A stretch of DNA of 64,000 nucleotides from the human T2T-CHM13v2.0 reference genome, Homo sapiens: NCBI RefSeq assembly GCF_009914755.1, contig NC_060933.1; one strand, written 5' to 3'. Below, one piece after another: positions 28,803 through 41,997 of the stretch. The stretch's first letter is position 1; every line of letters starts with the position of its first letter. Under the pieces are notes generated by a model, which had not been told where the DNA came from, made no database searches, and was given only the letters and a program-made list of their open reading frames with translations. The translations under genes were made by a program, and so were the position numbers.

Positions 28803-30878
28803 TTTGTATCTAGCCAGGGTTTCATCACAATGCAAAAATCTCTTTTAAGTATCAACAGAAACTTGCATTATCATTTATAATGCGTAATTTATTGCTCTGG
28901 TGATGGTTTTGGTGTATGAACATTGAAGGAATCACTCTTGATATTTCTTGAATATGGCTCCCTTTTAAATTAATTTTTCATTAAAGTTACAAGGAGCTTT
29001 ATTCAACTCCTAATTATTTTTTAGTCTGTGCTCCTAAATGCACCTTTCCAATCCTTCATTCTTGGTTTCAGTATGATGTGTTTTCTGTCCAAATGTAAAT
29101 ATTTATTTTCCAGGCATACATACTTTTAAAAAAATCAGAAGTAATGTGACCTATAAGCTAACTTCTTATGCCTTGGGAATTTACAAATTAAGTATGCTTC
29201 CACAAATCTAAAAACAATGTGATTAGTTATTCAAATTTAGATTTGATGGACAGAAAAATCACAGTTTAAAATTTTGAGGAAACCAACAAGGGAAAAAGCA
29301 ATTTTTACTATTGCTAAGAAAGAAACATTTTGGTTACAAAAGTATAAATTATTTTCTGCTCCAATTTATTTTGACCTTAATTTTTTAATTTTTTTGTTAT
29401 TTCAACCTGTTTAAAACCACTGGTAATCACCCCTTATGGCAAATGTTGTAATCACCTGTGTGATGTAGGGGAAAAAAATAACAACTTTCTAAATGGTTTG
29501 AACCTAACTGAATGCCTGAAAATTACAGGTTTTAAGTTATGACTTGGATTGTAGCCTTCTGACAAAATCTTAAAGTGACTTGTTGAGACAAAATACTTCT
29601 TAAATTTGTCAAGGAGAGTAAAAATCATTTTAACATAAAGTAGTGTAAATAAATCAGAAGTTTATTGCTTAAACACAGTCAAGAATTATGTATTTTAATT
29701 TTAAGGAAAATTTGGAGATAAACTTGCAGTGCTTTTTATTCATTTATCAAACTGGAGATAGAAAAAATAACTTTAGTTTGGGTCATCTGCTTTGATATCA
29801 TTTTACTATCATCATCCCAATTTCTGTCACATTATAATGTCATATTGAGAGCTAATACAGATCAACATGGCTTTTTTATTCATGGATTTACTGCAAGAAA
29901 TAAGAAGGGGGTAGAAATATATCATATTTAAAGGAAGAAAAGTAAAGATGAAGACATGACTTGAAAAGACTATTTGTTATTAGTTATCATTCAGGAAGAG
30001 AAAATGAATGAACTCTCCCTTTCCTCCTTTCTTCTTACCTCCCTCCCTCTCTCCTTCCACTTCTTCCTTCCTTTCTTTTTCATCTACATTTTCATTCTGT
30101 CTTAAAATTTTTCATTGTGAAGCTCTGGCACAATGTGAAACATATGGTCTGTTTCTTTGCAATGACTTACAAGTCAAACTGTGTTTGCTTTTTTTTCTGT
30201 TGTTCATAGAAAGTAAGATAATGTGTTCATAGTTGCTGGTCCTAGAATAGCAAAAACGAGTTAGCAAACCTATAGAAGAAAGTAATACTTTTTGCTAAAT
30301 ATAGTTAGCAATATTAATAATCTTTAACTTTTCCCTCAAAAATAATATGCCAGTATGTTTCCTTCCCCACTTAGAAATAGCATCTGTTCAAAAGTCGCTT
30401 ATGTAAAATAGGAAGCCACATATCAGAGTTGGGCCTCAAGAGTTCTGAGAATCTTTTAAAGGGAAGCGTTTGGGGGAACAGAGAAAGGACTTAAAGAAGA
30501 GCAGAGAGTGATGAGAAAATCTTCATGCCAAAGAAAGAAAAAAACACATAAAACACAGCTCCTGATTATGATTTTGAGACTCAAATCTGTCTTTCTTGGC
30601 CTGGAACCAGAGATGAATGAAGCAAGCAGCACTTTTTGTTTGGCACAAGCCTCCAAGTGTGCCTCCAAAGAGCCAGACGTTTGGCAGAATGAGACCCCAA
30701 ACATCCAAATCAATGACTGCATTTTTTCTCTTTTCACATATACTGAGGGATGCCATTTCAGTCTCTATGTATATAAAGCAGCCTATTCATGTGCATCATG
30801 TTCAATCTCCAAGGTAACCATACCCCTCTCTATTTTGATTCTAAAATTCAATGGCTTCCAATATTTGTTGACAGTGTG

Positions 30879-30880
<2 letters not shown>

Positions 30881-30924
<44 letters not shown>
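30881..30924. repeat. (TG)20(CG)2 microsatellite
   Basis: Perfect alternating purine-pyrimidine run. Confidence 0.97.
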
Positions 30925-30999
30925 TCTACCCATGGTCACTGCCTGGGAAATTACATTGTGAAACTTGTAACATCTTGTATTCTCAAAGTGTAAAGAAGT

Positions 31000-32790
31000 G
31001 TTAAAGAATGTTGGGGATTAGTCAAAAGGACACATTTTGAAGGAGTTTTCACTGGCCAAATCAGAAATTATGTGAACAAAAAAAAGAACGTAGATCTTTA
31101 TACCTTTTTTATTAGAATGTAAGTCTATGCATTCATAGTGCTGTAGATGAATAAAAACGTGGAAAAGACTAAAAAGCTTTTCCTTACAATGCAATGCACC
31201 CTAATGGATGTAAAAAGATTGACAGAATTATAAAATCATTTGAAAGCCATACTAGTAATAATCAATTAAGGCAAAGCTAATCAATGGATGCCAAAATAAT
31301 TGGGAAAGAAGATACTTAAGGACAAAATTTAAGTTTTAACTTTACAATTGAAAATTTGGCAGATACCATCTTAACCCAGTGGCCAAGGTTAACATAATCA
31401 GCAATGGGACAACTTGACATCATGACATCCTGACAGGAAGTACTGAGAATAACACAATGTTGTTATAGTAGGTTACTAGGCAGACATGAGCAGGGCAGGA
31501 AGTGCCCCCCCAACGCCCCCCCAACGCCCCCCCCCCCGCCGCCACCACCACCACCAGGAATGTCAGGCAACCATCAGGTGATGGTTAGGCAGTTGTTACA
31601 CTGTCTCTCTAAAGGAATAATAGTAATTGGCCACAGCCAGCACCAGGGAAAGGAAGTCTTTCAAGAGACAAAAGCACCTGAAACTGGTGATCAGCAGCTT
31701 CCCGGTAAGATCTCAGGAGTTGAGCAAGTGGACTCAGGCATGTGCACTAAGAGGCAGAATGGCTGATGACCTTCCTCTAGGAACACTGTACTGATAAGGG
31801 AAAAATACCTCAAGTGGACATGTGTACAATGCCAGTAAACACACTGCGCGTGCGCCCGTGCCAAAGGCTAGCAGGCCACTGTGCATGCGGACAGCCCACC
31901 CCAAGGGAAGAGTCAGCAGAAGGAACACAAGGCCCCAGAAGTAAGCCAAAATATAAAACCCTAAGTCAAAGGTCAAAATGTTTACTTGAACCTCTCAAGT
32001 CACCCACTTGGCCCTCTTCCAAGTGTACTTCAGAATCCTGCTCTAAAACTTTCTTAATAAGCTTTCACTCCTGCTCTAAATGGTGCCTTGGTCTCTCCTT
32101 CTGCCTTATGCCCCTCGGTCGAATTCTTTCTCTGAGGAGGAAGAACTGAGGGTGCAGAAGGCCCATACAGATTTGTTACTGCTAGTAATATCACTTACAA
32201 TGTAAACAAGATAAAATATTATAAAAATCCAACTTGGGGTACATTCCACAAAATAACTAACCTGTACTCTTAAAACAGCAAGTTCATGAAAGACAAAGGA
32301 TGAGACAGGAATTATTCCAAATTTTAAATGATGAAAAATGCATGACAACTAAATGTGATATAATCTGGGCAGCCTCTTAAAAAATGCTTCAAAACATAGT
32401 GTTACCTTTGGATAAATTTAAATAATAATTTCTGTAGGTAAGATAATACCATCATATCAAGTTGAATGTCCTGTTTTGATTATATAATTATGTTGTGGTT
32501 TGGTAACATGATTTCTTTTTTCTTTCAGAAAACACATATTGTTCAAATTCAATATGTATAGGAATAACTGTCTGCAGCTTCCTCTCAGATAGTTATTAAT
32601 ACAAATAGTGATATTAATTACACACACATACACACCTATATATAAAGAGATTGATAGAACAAATATGATAAAAGTTTAGTATTTGGTGAGTCCAAATAAA
32701 GAGTATATTGGAATTCTTTTTATTATTTTTGAAAGCTTTCTGTAAATCTGTAAAGCTTTCAGTAAATCTAAAATTATTTCAAAAAAAGTT
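31000..32790 (+). mobile_element. L1MC-type 3' region, interrupted by MER50
   Basis: ttaacccagtggccaaggttaacat...tactgagaataacaca | tcactt...catgacaactaaatg...aaattatttcaaaa. Confidence 0.6.
31461..32190 (+). mobile_element. ERV1 solo LTR, MER50-like
   Basis: tgttatagtagg...ggcagacatgagcagggcagga...ccaggaatgtcaggcaaccatcaggtgatgg; tataaaa at ~31952. Confidence 0.8.
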
Positions 32791-33102
32791 TACTAAAACA
32801 TACCTTAGTATAATCCTGGATTCTCCTTTCATGACTAATTTGCCAGCATACATGTTCTACTCCTCTTTCTAAGTAAATCTAGAATTTAACCTCTTGCCAC
32901 CACCCCCACCTCTATCCCTTTGGTTCAGGCCATCTTCCTTGGATTATTTCAGTAGCTTCCTAAACAGTCTTTCTATTTCATCTCTTGCCCTTCTTCAGTC
33001 TACTCTGAACAAAGACATCAGACTTACTCAGGTAAAGCATATGACAGACCATGTCATCCGTCTGCTCAAACCATCCAATGGCAAACCCTATTAAGATAAA
33101 TG

Positions 33103-34053
33103 GGAGAAAATTTTCACAACCCACTCATCTGACAAAGGGCTAATATCCAGAATCTACAGTGAACTCAAACAAATTTACAAGAAAAAAACAAACAACCCCA
33201 TCAAAAAGTGAGCGAAGGACATGAACAGACACTTCTCAAAAGAAGACATTTATGCAGCCGAAAAACACATGAAAAAATGCTCATCATCACTGGCCATCAG
33301 AGAAATGCAAATCAAAACCACAATGAGATACCATCTCACACCAGTTAGAATGGCAATCATTAAAAAGTCAGGAAACAACAGGTGCTGGAGAGGATGTGGA
33401 GAAATAGGAACACTTTTACACTGTTGGTGGGACTGTAAACTAGTTCACCCATTGTGGAAGTCAGTGTGGCGATTCCTCAGGGATCTAGAACTAGAAATAC
33501 CATTTGACCCAGCCATCCCATTACTGGGTATATACCCAAAGGACTATAAATCATGCTGCTATAAAGACACAATGCACACGTATGTTAATTGTGGCATTAT
33601 TCACAATAGCAAAGACTTGGAACCAACACAAATGTCCAACAATGATAGACTGGATTAAGAAAATGTGGCACATATACATCATGGAATACTATGCAGCCAT
33701 AAAAAATGATGAGTTCATGTCCTTTGTAGGGACATGGATGAAACTGGAAATCATCATTCTCAGTAAACTATCGCAAGAACAAAAAACTAAACACCGCATA
33801 TTCTCACTCATAGGTGGGAATTGAACAATGAGAACACATGGACACAGGAAGGGGAACATCACACTCTGGGGACTGTTGTGGGGTGGGGGGAGAGGGGAGG
33901 GATAACATTGGGAGATATAACTAATGCTAGATGACGAGTTAGTGGGTGCAGCGCACCAGCATGGCACATGTATACATATGTAACTAACCTGCACATTGTG
34001 CACATGTACCCTAAAACTTAAAGTATAATAATAATAAATAAATAAATAAATAA
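33103..34053 (+). mobile_element. 5'-truncated young L1, L1PA2-like (~950 bp)
   Basis: ORF2 C-terminus ([18 protein letters not shown]), 3'UTR gatgacGAGttagtgggtgcagcgcaccagc (not the L1Hs ACA/ACG), (TAAA)n tail, TSD aagataaatg at 33093-33102 and 34054-34063 at a TT|AAGA site. Confidence 0.96.
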
Positions 34054-34077
34054 AAGATAAATGTCAAACTCCATTAA

Positions 34078-34185
34078 TACAGTCATGGAGACATATCATC
34101 CAAACTGGAACACTTGAGAGTGAAAATAGTGTTATTGACAATCACACCAAAAAAATAGGCTTAAACATGGGGTATATGGTCATTG
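34078..34185 (+). mobile_element. hAT MITE, MER96-like
   Basis: atcatccaaactggaacacttgagagtgaaa...gtatatggtca resembles recalled MER96. Confidence 0.45.
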
Positions 34186-35889
34186 ATTCCAAAATCACTT
34201 GTGGACCTCATTACTTCTCTGATTTCCTGTTCCCCTCCCCTAATTATGCTGTTGCACTTACACCAGTCTTTCTGCCCTTCTTTGAGCAATCCAATAATCC
34301 TCCATCATAGGGTCTTTTCAGGGATTACTTGCCCCTGTCCTAAACGCTCTACCCACATATTTTCTTATAGAGCACTTACTTACTTCTTTGAGCTATATAC
34401 TTTCAGATCACTTTCTCAGTTATGCTTTCTTTAGCTATTTTATCTCAAAGTTCAATATTTCCTCTCCTATTTGTTATATTGCTCTTCTATGCCTTATTGT
34501 TAGCATATAGCAAAATAGAATACGATAGGCAAGACTGGCTTTGGTGATTTGGATTGGTGAGTTGCAGGAAGATTGGCTCTTTGAATTTCAGAGTAAAGAA
34601 GAGAACATAAGCTATGCCCTCTATTGCCCTCAATTGAAACTTTGCATGCTATATATACACATATGTGCATATATTTCACATTTGCATATTTATTGTGCTT
34701 ATTTTCTGTATTTCATATTAGAATATAAGATAGCTGAGGGCAGGTAATTTTGTTCATTAAATGTGGTCATATATCCAGAGCTTCAGCAATAATGCCTAGC
34801 ACCTGGTAAACAGCCAGTAAATAACTTTTGAATGAATTAAAGAATAATTTTTATCATTTCAATAGAAAATGTTAAATGTACTGAATATTTAAGAAAACAA
34901 ATTCCTGAATTATATTAAGAATTGGCCTAGTTATTTACTATAATGCATCTTTACTTATAGCAATAAGGATAGAGAATTTGTTATATTAAAATAATTATTT
35001 ATGCTACTGTCTTAATAATAAAATATGAAGAGTGAATCCTGGGCAAAGTTTAGTGATTCTTCATCCTCAGATTAGCTTGAACGAATGCTATTTTATTGCT
35101 TTGCTTGGATTTCACTGAGTAATGGTTAGGTCAAATATTATTATTTCACGTTTTTCCAAATATTATATTTTCTATTTAGTTTAATGTATATGTAGTTCCT
35201 TTATTTGGTTTTTAGTGACTTCTTTCTTTTCTAAGATATTATAAGAAGCTTTTTCATTGTGGTTTCTCTTAAATGTACCATTTTACATTACTCTGCTATA
35301 AAGAAAATTCAGCAGCATTTTACAAGGTTTAGAAAACAGAAAAATGTTTAAGAGATTTAAATGAAAGTTTACTACCCTAATTGAGGTTGAAGCCAGCAAC
35401 CTGGGTATAAATTCCAGAACCATACTGAAATCCTGTATGATTATGAGACCTTTGTATAGAATCTTCGAGCATCAGGACTCCCTTCATATAGCTATTATAA
35501 AATAGAATATAATCATGAATTTTAAGCACTTAACATTATACTGTTGTACATTAACTACACAGTAAGCTGTCAGTTATTAAGGTAATCTATTATTACTAAG
35601 TTTTATTTTTATTGGTCATCATCTTTGTCCAGTAATTTCTATATGCCTACCTACTTGAATATTTGCAATGCTAGAGTATAGTCCATTTCATCTCATGTGT
35701 TTTACTTAATAGTGTATCATCAGTAAGTTTAATGTTGCAATAATTTTAATTGTAATGAAATGCATATTATTCCATCTAGTGATGGTATCGTAACTTAATC
35801 AAATATCACAGTAGTATTGGGCAGTTAATTAAAACACTTTTTAACATACAAATCTGACAGAACTTAGTGAGTAAGACAGGCCTGGTTAT

Positions 35890-36400
35890 AAACTCATGGT
35901 GGTTATACAAATTCACAAAGGCTTATGGAAGCAAATTTGGAAATATATCAAAGATCTTAAACATATTCATTCTCTTTGACCCAGCAATTCCATTTCTGGG
36001 AATCTCTCCTAAAGAAATTATCAGAAATGGGGACAAAGATTAATGTACAGAGATTTTATCATGCCATTATTTATGGCAGCAAACAGTTGGAAGCAAGCCA
36101 AATGTCCTGCAATGAATGATTACATCATGGTGCATCTATAAACATAAAGAGTAAGCACTATTATAAAATACACTTACGAAGAATTTTAAAGTATAGAAAA
36201 TGCTCATAATATACTGTTAAAAGGAATACAGAATGTATTTTATATTTATAAAATTATAAGAACTTCATTAAAATATACATATAAACAAGAGACTATTAGC
36301 AATGATAATCTCTAAATAAAGATAATTTTATTTTCTTCAATTTTTCACATCTTCTGCAATAAACATATATCACTTTAACAATAAGGTGGAAACTAATTTT
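35890..36400 (+). mobile_element. L1ME-type 3' end
   Basis: ctttgacccagcaattccatttctgggaatctctcctaaagaaat...ttggaagcaagccaaatgtcc. Confidence 0.75.
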
Positions 36401-37959
36401 TAAAATAAAGTAAAACTAGTATAAATTACTAATGGTAACATGAATGTTTTGGTGGGAAATTTTGAATGATTTTGCATGCTATATGTAACAGTTCCACACT
36501 GATAGTATGACACCTTTGTTGATGAACTTGATACCAGCATTCCAAAAGCAATGTAATGCCATATCCAACTATTTTCAGCCGCTCTCAGCTCTATGGAAAC
36601 TTTCCAAATTGCAGTGTTGTAAAAGGAGAATAGAGTTAAAGTCTTATGAAGTTACAGACTAATGAACAAGAGCAGCAGGTTCATCCACAATCCAATTACT
36701 TGGAAAGTAAATGTACCATATCTAGTTAGTGATATTGTTTAATATTTAATCCTGTGAAACCAAGGCATGAACATTAAAGTTCTATAGCAAACCCTAGAAG
36801 CATGAAAATAAAATGTAAAAGTAGCAGATCTTAATATTTCTACAGAAAAGCAAAACTTTATAAAATTGTCCTTATACAGACTGCATATGTGCAGTTACAA
36901 AAGGATAAATGAAAACTCATTCGGGTCCTTTTTTCCTTCTGTCCAAAATAATTAAAACTAGATTAGGGGTGTTGTAGTACCTACAACTATCTTCTCAGAT
37001 TTTGGAGTGCATAGCAGCCTATTTAAAATGAATGTTAAGGTCACAATAGTTTTGAAATTGAACTTATTATAAATAATTCTCTAATAAAAATATAGTAGAA
37101 AGATGATACTTTAGCCTCATTGTTGTAGGGAATATTAATTCTTGCTTCTTCTAAGTTTTTATAGCTGGAGAAACTGAGGCCTCCAAATTATGGGCAAGGA
37201 CTTAAAATAATTTTCACCTAACTAGAACAACATAAGCTTTCTCATCAGAAGTGGTAGTACTTGAAACTATCAAATCTGTTCTTACTCCACTATATGGTAT
37301 GTATGTGGTGAGTCTATGTCAGTATCACATTCACTCAGTTGTAGTAAGGGTTTACAGGAGTGCCATGTTTGCCTACTCATTGTAACTAGACATGTGGCTA
37401 AAATTATGATTGTACTTCAGTTTAACTGAAACTCAATTGACGCCAGCTATTTTCCTAGAATCCTCACACCATGACTAGTCCTCATCTTACTCTTCTCTTA
37501 TAGCCCATTTTATATGTGCTCAAGTGCTACCTGCAAACTAGTATTAAGCTAGATAAATCACAGTGAGTTGTGAGGTTTACCCATGAAGACTAACTTACCT
37601 GAATTTTGGGCCCCATTCACTACATTGACCTTTTTATTGCCTGTAAACAAAACAGACAAAAGCAAAATGGTTCTCTTCTGATAACATCATATACCTTTAG
37701 TTATAAACTGCTTCTCCCAAGTCCAGAACATGTAGCCTGATGGAGTTGTCTCTTCAAGAACCCATTTCCCTAACTCATGGGAATTTATTCAAGTATTGAC
37801 AAATGTCAGCTCTAATAGACTCTTTTCTTAGATTTTTAAAATTTGAATTGGAGTACGAGCCATTTTCACTTAGATGGTGAAAGTACAAGTAATGTGACAC
37901 CCAAAGCTGGCAATAGCCGTAGATATAGTATTGTAGATAATGTCAATGTTGCGCCAACC

Positions 37960-38410
37960 TCTGCTTAGCAATTACTATTTCCCTGCACACTGGCCCATCC
38001 TCCATTTGATAACACTGGGCTTCTTTGCCTGTATATTTTTTTTGTCCACTAGAGCCCTCTCTGTGCCCATGCATAGCAGGTTAAAAATGATGAATAGTTA
38101 ACCCTCTATGAAAGCAGTCCTCACTAGGAACTAACGGGAGCTGGCCCTAACTTCTTCACTCTTTGTTTGAGATAACATAATGACATAGATTCTATATCAC
38201 CTTCTAGATCTCTAGTGAAACTTAGTTATATACCCTTTTTAAAATTTACTTTCTTCCCTGTTTTTTTTTTTAAGTGTTTTGTTTTGTTATTTCCTCCCTT
38301 CAGTCTCCTACAAGAGCCTCCTGGAAAAGTATTCCCAAAAATCCACATGCAGTACAAATAAACTACTATGTAAGTAGGTCGGCTTCTAAGGGAACCCAGT
38401 CTATGATATC
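37960..38410 (+). mobile_element. Ancient ERVL LTR fragment (LTR16/33-like)
   Basis: 3' end aataaactac...ggcttctaagggaacccagtcta; very diverged. Confidence 0.4.
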
Positions 38411-38672
38411 TAGAAAATGTTTTGGAGAATAAAACCATCACTCAAAGGAAGTAGCAGTAGCATTGAAAGCTGAGAAGCTTAGTGGTACCTGACTTGCCCA
38501 AGAATCCTTGGTTATTTCCAAAAACAGTCAATTTTTTCTTTTTTCCCAGTCAATAAACCATATTAGTATTCTTTCACTACCTATTCTTTTTCCTAATTGA
38601 GAAATTAGTGTTTGATATTTAGATCTCAGAGAACCCAGATGTAGATATAAGTAGTATTCTAAACGATGTCCT

Positions 38673-39096
38673 TGTGATATGCTGAATAACAGCCCCCAAA
38701 AGATATCCACAACCTAATACCTGGAATCTGTTGCCCATATGACAAAATATATCCTCTATTATTTGGATGGATCCTAAACAAAATCAAATTTATCCTTTTA
38801 AGAGGAAGGTGTGAGGTGATTGGACCACATAGAAAAGGAGAAGACCACAATCACAGTTGTTGAAGTGATGTGGTCACAAGCTGAGGAATTTCAGCAGTGA
38901 GAAGAAACAGGAAGATACAAGAACAAATAATCCCCTAGAGTGTCTGGAAGGAGTGAGGCCCTGCTGACATTTGATTTCAGCCCAGTGATACTGATTTTGA
39001 AGTTCTGGTCTCCAGAACTGAGAGAGAATACATTTCCATTGTTTAAGCCACCACATTGATGGTTACTTGATACAGCAGCCACAGAAAATTAACACA
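38673..39096 (+). mobile_element. MaLR solo LTR, MLT1D-like
   Basis: TG...CA ends, TSD gtcct / gtccc, ctccagaactgagagagaatacatttccattgtttaagccac. Confidence 0.85.
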
Positions 39097-39684
39097 GTCC
39101 CATTGAACACAAAATACATAGGGTCGGTAGGAGGCCCCTAATCCTTGTTGGTCCTCTACGTTCCCTTCCTTCCCTTTTCTAATCTTGTTTTCTTCTCTAG
39201 CTGCTCATCCACTGGAGTCCTATCCTGAGTCCTGGCGGGATTCCAGTTTAGCCAAAACAAACTAAATTCACATTAACCAAGTCATTTTATGAACAATTTG
39301 CATAATGACTACTTTACTGAAATATAACCATATCCCCCTTTTCGGTTTTGATTTGTTTGCATCAGTGTGTCTTTTTTCCTGCTACTTTGTTTGGGATTTT
39401 AAACTTACTCTAAAATAGTCAGTGGGCACACTGATTTTTTTTTCATTTCTGAATTATCCAATCTGTCACGTGGTAGGATTTTTCTAATTGATATATATGG
39501 AACAGCTTAGGGACTCTTGAAACAGTGTTTCTAAGGATTCTACCTCCGAATATTAACATAGATAAATTATATCGTGGCTTTAAGAGAGGTACCTGTAATC
39601 TTCTGTGACTCATATTATTGCTCTGGAATTTATCTCTACTAAGATATTAAAGTACGACAAAAGGTAAAAGAGTTTAAATGTTGC

Positions 39685-39895
39685 TTAATCATCTATTAGC
39701 TATATAAGGCTAGAGAATTGAGTTAACCTAAGTCTCAGTTTCCTTATATGTAAAGTGGGTATAATTTTTTCTGCCTCATTTGGTTCCTATTAGGATTACG
39801 TTAATTAATGTAATGTAATGTAGATGTAGTGTGATGTAGATGTAATGTAATGCAGATGTAGATGTAATGTAATGTAGAATGCCATATACAAAATT
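39685..39895 (+). mobile_element. MIR with internal (AATGT/AGATGT)n expansion at 39807-39878
   Basis: gtctcagtttccttatatgtaaagtgggtataat MIR core followed by penta/hexamer repeat. Confidence 0.7.
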
Positions 39896-41262
39896 CATAC
39901 CCAAATATTGTAGATGGGATTACATTCATACCTTAAATATCTTTTGCTGCTTTACCTCCCCTGCCAATTTAGTCATTATAGGAAGATTTAGTGTCAGTAA
40001 ATTTGTATTACATCTGAAAACTAAACATAAATTCTTCATGAAGATGGTCTCAGTGATAAAGTATATCTTTAAACAAAATAGGTAAATTATAAATATTTAT
40101 AACAAAGAAAAATTGAGAAGGCTACATTACGCAGCTTTTCCTGCTTTCAGGACAAAATTACTTGATTCTTCAATGGAAGCTGACTTGAACTCTGGCATTC
40201 GTAATCTGCATAGAAAGCAATGGCCTCAACCATGGAGTTCATATTTTTCTAGAATTTCCTACACTCCTGACAAAAGAAAAGACGTTCCTTTCAACATCCT
40301 GTCCATTTTGCCACCAGAACCTCAGTCTATCTTTGTGGCTATTACAGAATCGTCACCCCACCTTGTTATCCCACCCAACAGTTCTATCCCTAAATGTACC
40401 ATTTCCCAGAGACCCTTCCTCAGGGCCCACATTTCTTTTCTCAGGGAATGAGTGGAAACTCTTGCTAAACTCTGGCTCATTCTGCTCCCTTTGCTATTGC
40501 CTTTCCTAATTTATCACTTCTTATCACACCTAGCCAATATACTCATTGATTCAGAGAACTCTGGCAGCACTTCATCTAGAAATCTGTCCCTGATACCCCA
40601 GTCTAAATTAAAGTCTTCTTTCTGCCTTCTGTTTCATCCTTTCAAAATTTCTGTTATTGAACTTACCATGTTATTATGTGAAAATAGATTAATACATAGT
40701 GCCTAGCTGAGATAAGGGACTTGGTAATCATGTTGAATAAATAAATAAGAGTCAAGGCTGATATAAGAGCTCAGTATATTGCATTTACTAAAAACAGAAA
40801 TGTTATCAATGGCATTTAGCTTTTCCAGGAGATGTTTACTAAAACTTAATTAAAACAGAATTTCACAGAAATACAGTTCTGCTATGCTGTTAATGAAGCA
40901 GAATAAGCGCACACTCATTCTAACATTTAGGTTTCATGCCATTTGCATTTTCTAGCTAGTTTACTTGGGAAGAGAGCTGAGTAAAGGCTTTAGAATGGCA
41001 AACATCCCCAATCCAAAAAGTTTAGAAACACCACATAGATATTACTAATTTATTTTATGAAATTCAGCTTAATAGTTTTTCTAAGAAGAGAAACCTGTTA
41101 TTCTTAGCTCAAATAACATTCTTACATACATGTGAAATATATGAATATTTTAGAAGAACAAACTTGCAGTGCAAGTTGTTCACAAAGTAACTTGCAGACA
41201 TCAGCTAATGAATGAGTTAGCCAGACAAGTTCCAGTTTTGATTATTTAATAATAAACAGGGT

Positions 41263-41955
41263 TTTGATGGTTAATACTGAGTGTCAACTTGATTGGATTG
41301 AGGGATACAAAGTATTAATCCCGGGTGTGTCTGTGTGGGTGTTGCCAAAAGAGATTAACATATGAGTCAGTGGGCTGGGAAAGGCAGATCCAACCTTAAT
41401 TTGGTGGACACAATTTAATCAGCTTCCAGTGAATATAAAGCAGGCAGAAAAAGGTGAAAAGGAGAGAGAGACAGGCCCAGCCTCTCAGTCTACATCTTTC
41501 ACTCATGCTGGATGCTGCCTGCCCTCGAACATCAGACTCCAACTTCTTCAGTTTTGGGACTTGGACTGGCTCTCCTTGCCCCTTGGCTTGTAGACAGCCT
41601 ATTGTGAGACCTTGCGATCATGTAAGTTAATACTTAATAAACTCCTTTGATATATATATTATATATGTGTGGATATATATGTATGTATATATTATATTAA
41701 TTAATGAAGTGTTAAAAACCTTTTGCTCTTTAGACCGTTGTATTAGTCAGGGTTCTCTTAGAAGGACAGAACTAATAGGATATATATATATACATATAGG
41801 ATATAGAACTAATAGGATATATAGAGAGAGGATATAGGATAAGAGGATATATATATATAGGATATATATATCATAATAGGATATATATATACACACACAC
41901 ATATATATGTATATATATCCGATTAGTTCTGTCCCTCTAAGAGAACCCTAATACA
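41263..41955 (+). mobile_element. HERVL solo LTR, MLT2A1/A2, with internal inverted duplication
   Basis: gatggttaatactgagtgtcaacttgattggattg start; attagttctgtccctctaagagaaccctaataca end; TSD agggt / atggt. Confidence 0.92.
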
Positions 41956-41997
41956 ATGGTCTGAAGAGCAAAAGGTTTTTAACACTCCATTAATTAA
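41697..41997. repeat. Inverted repeat, ~90-bp arms (41697-41790 and 41910-41997), ~120-bp TA-rich spacer
   Basis: Arms align with 5 substitutions and one 4-bp indel. Confidence 0.95.

Larger units (their letters stand above)
32810..34840 (+). mobile_element. L2 fragments hosting the L1PA2 insertion
   Basis: tggattatttcagtagcttcctaaacagtct and L2 tail tagaatataag...gagggcagg...gcctagcacctggtaaacag...tgaatgaat. Confidence 0.6.

Noticed and set aside
30881-30924. Z-DNA regulatory element
   Set aside because: Common (TG)n microsatellite with no evidence of function
32733-32770. Short tandem duplications (also 51935-51975 and 62959-62984)
   Set aside because: Ordinary slippage duplications of 13-20 bp
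33221-33824. L1 ORF2 C-terminal ORFs as a functional CDS
   Set aside because: 5'-truncated, frameshifted near 33571, no promoter
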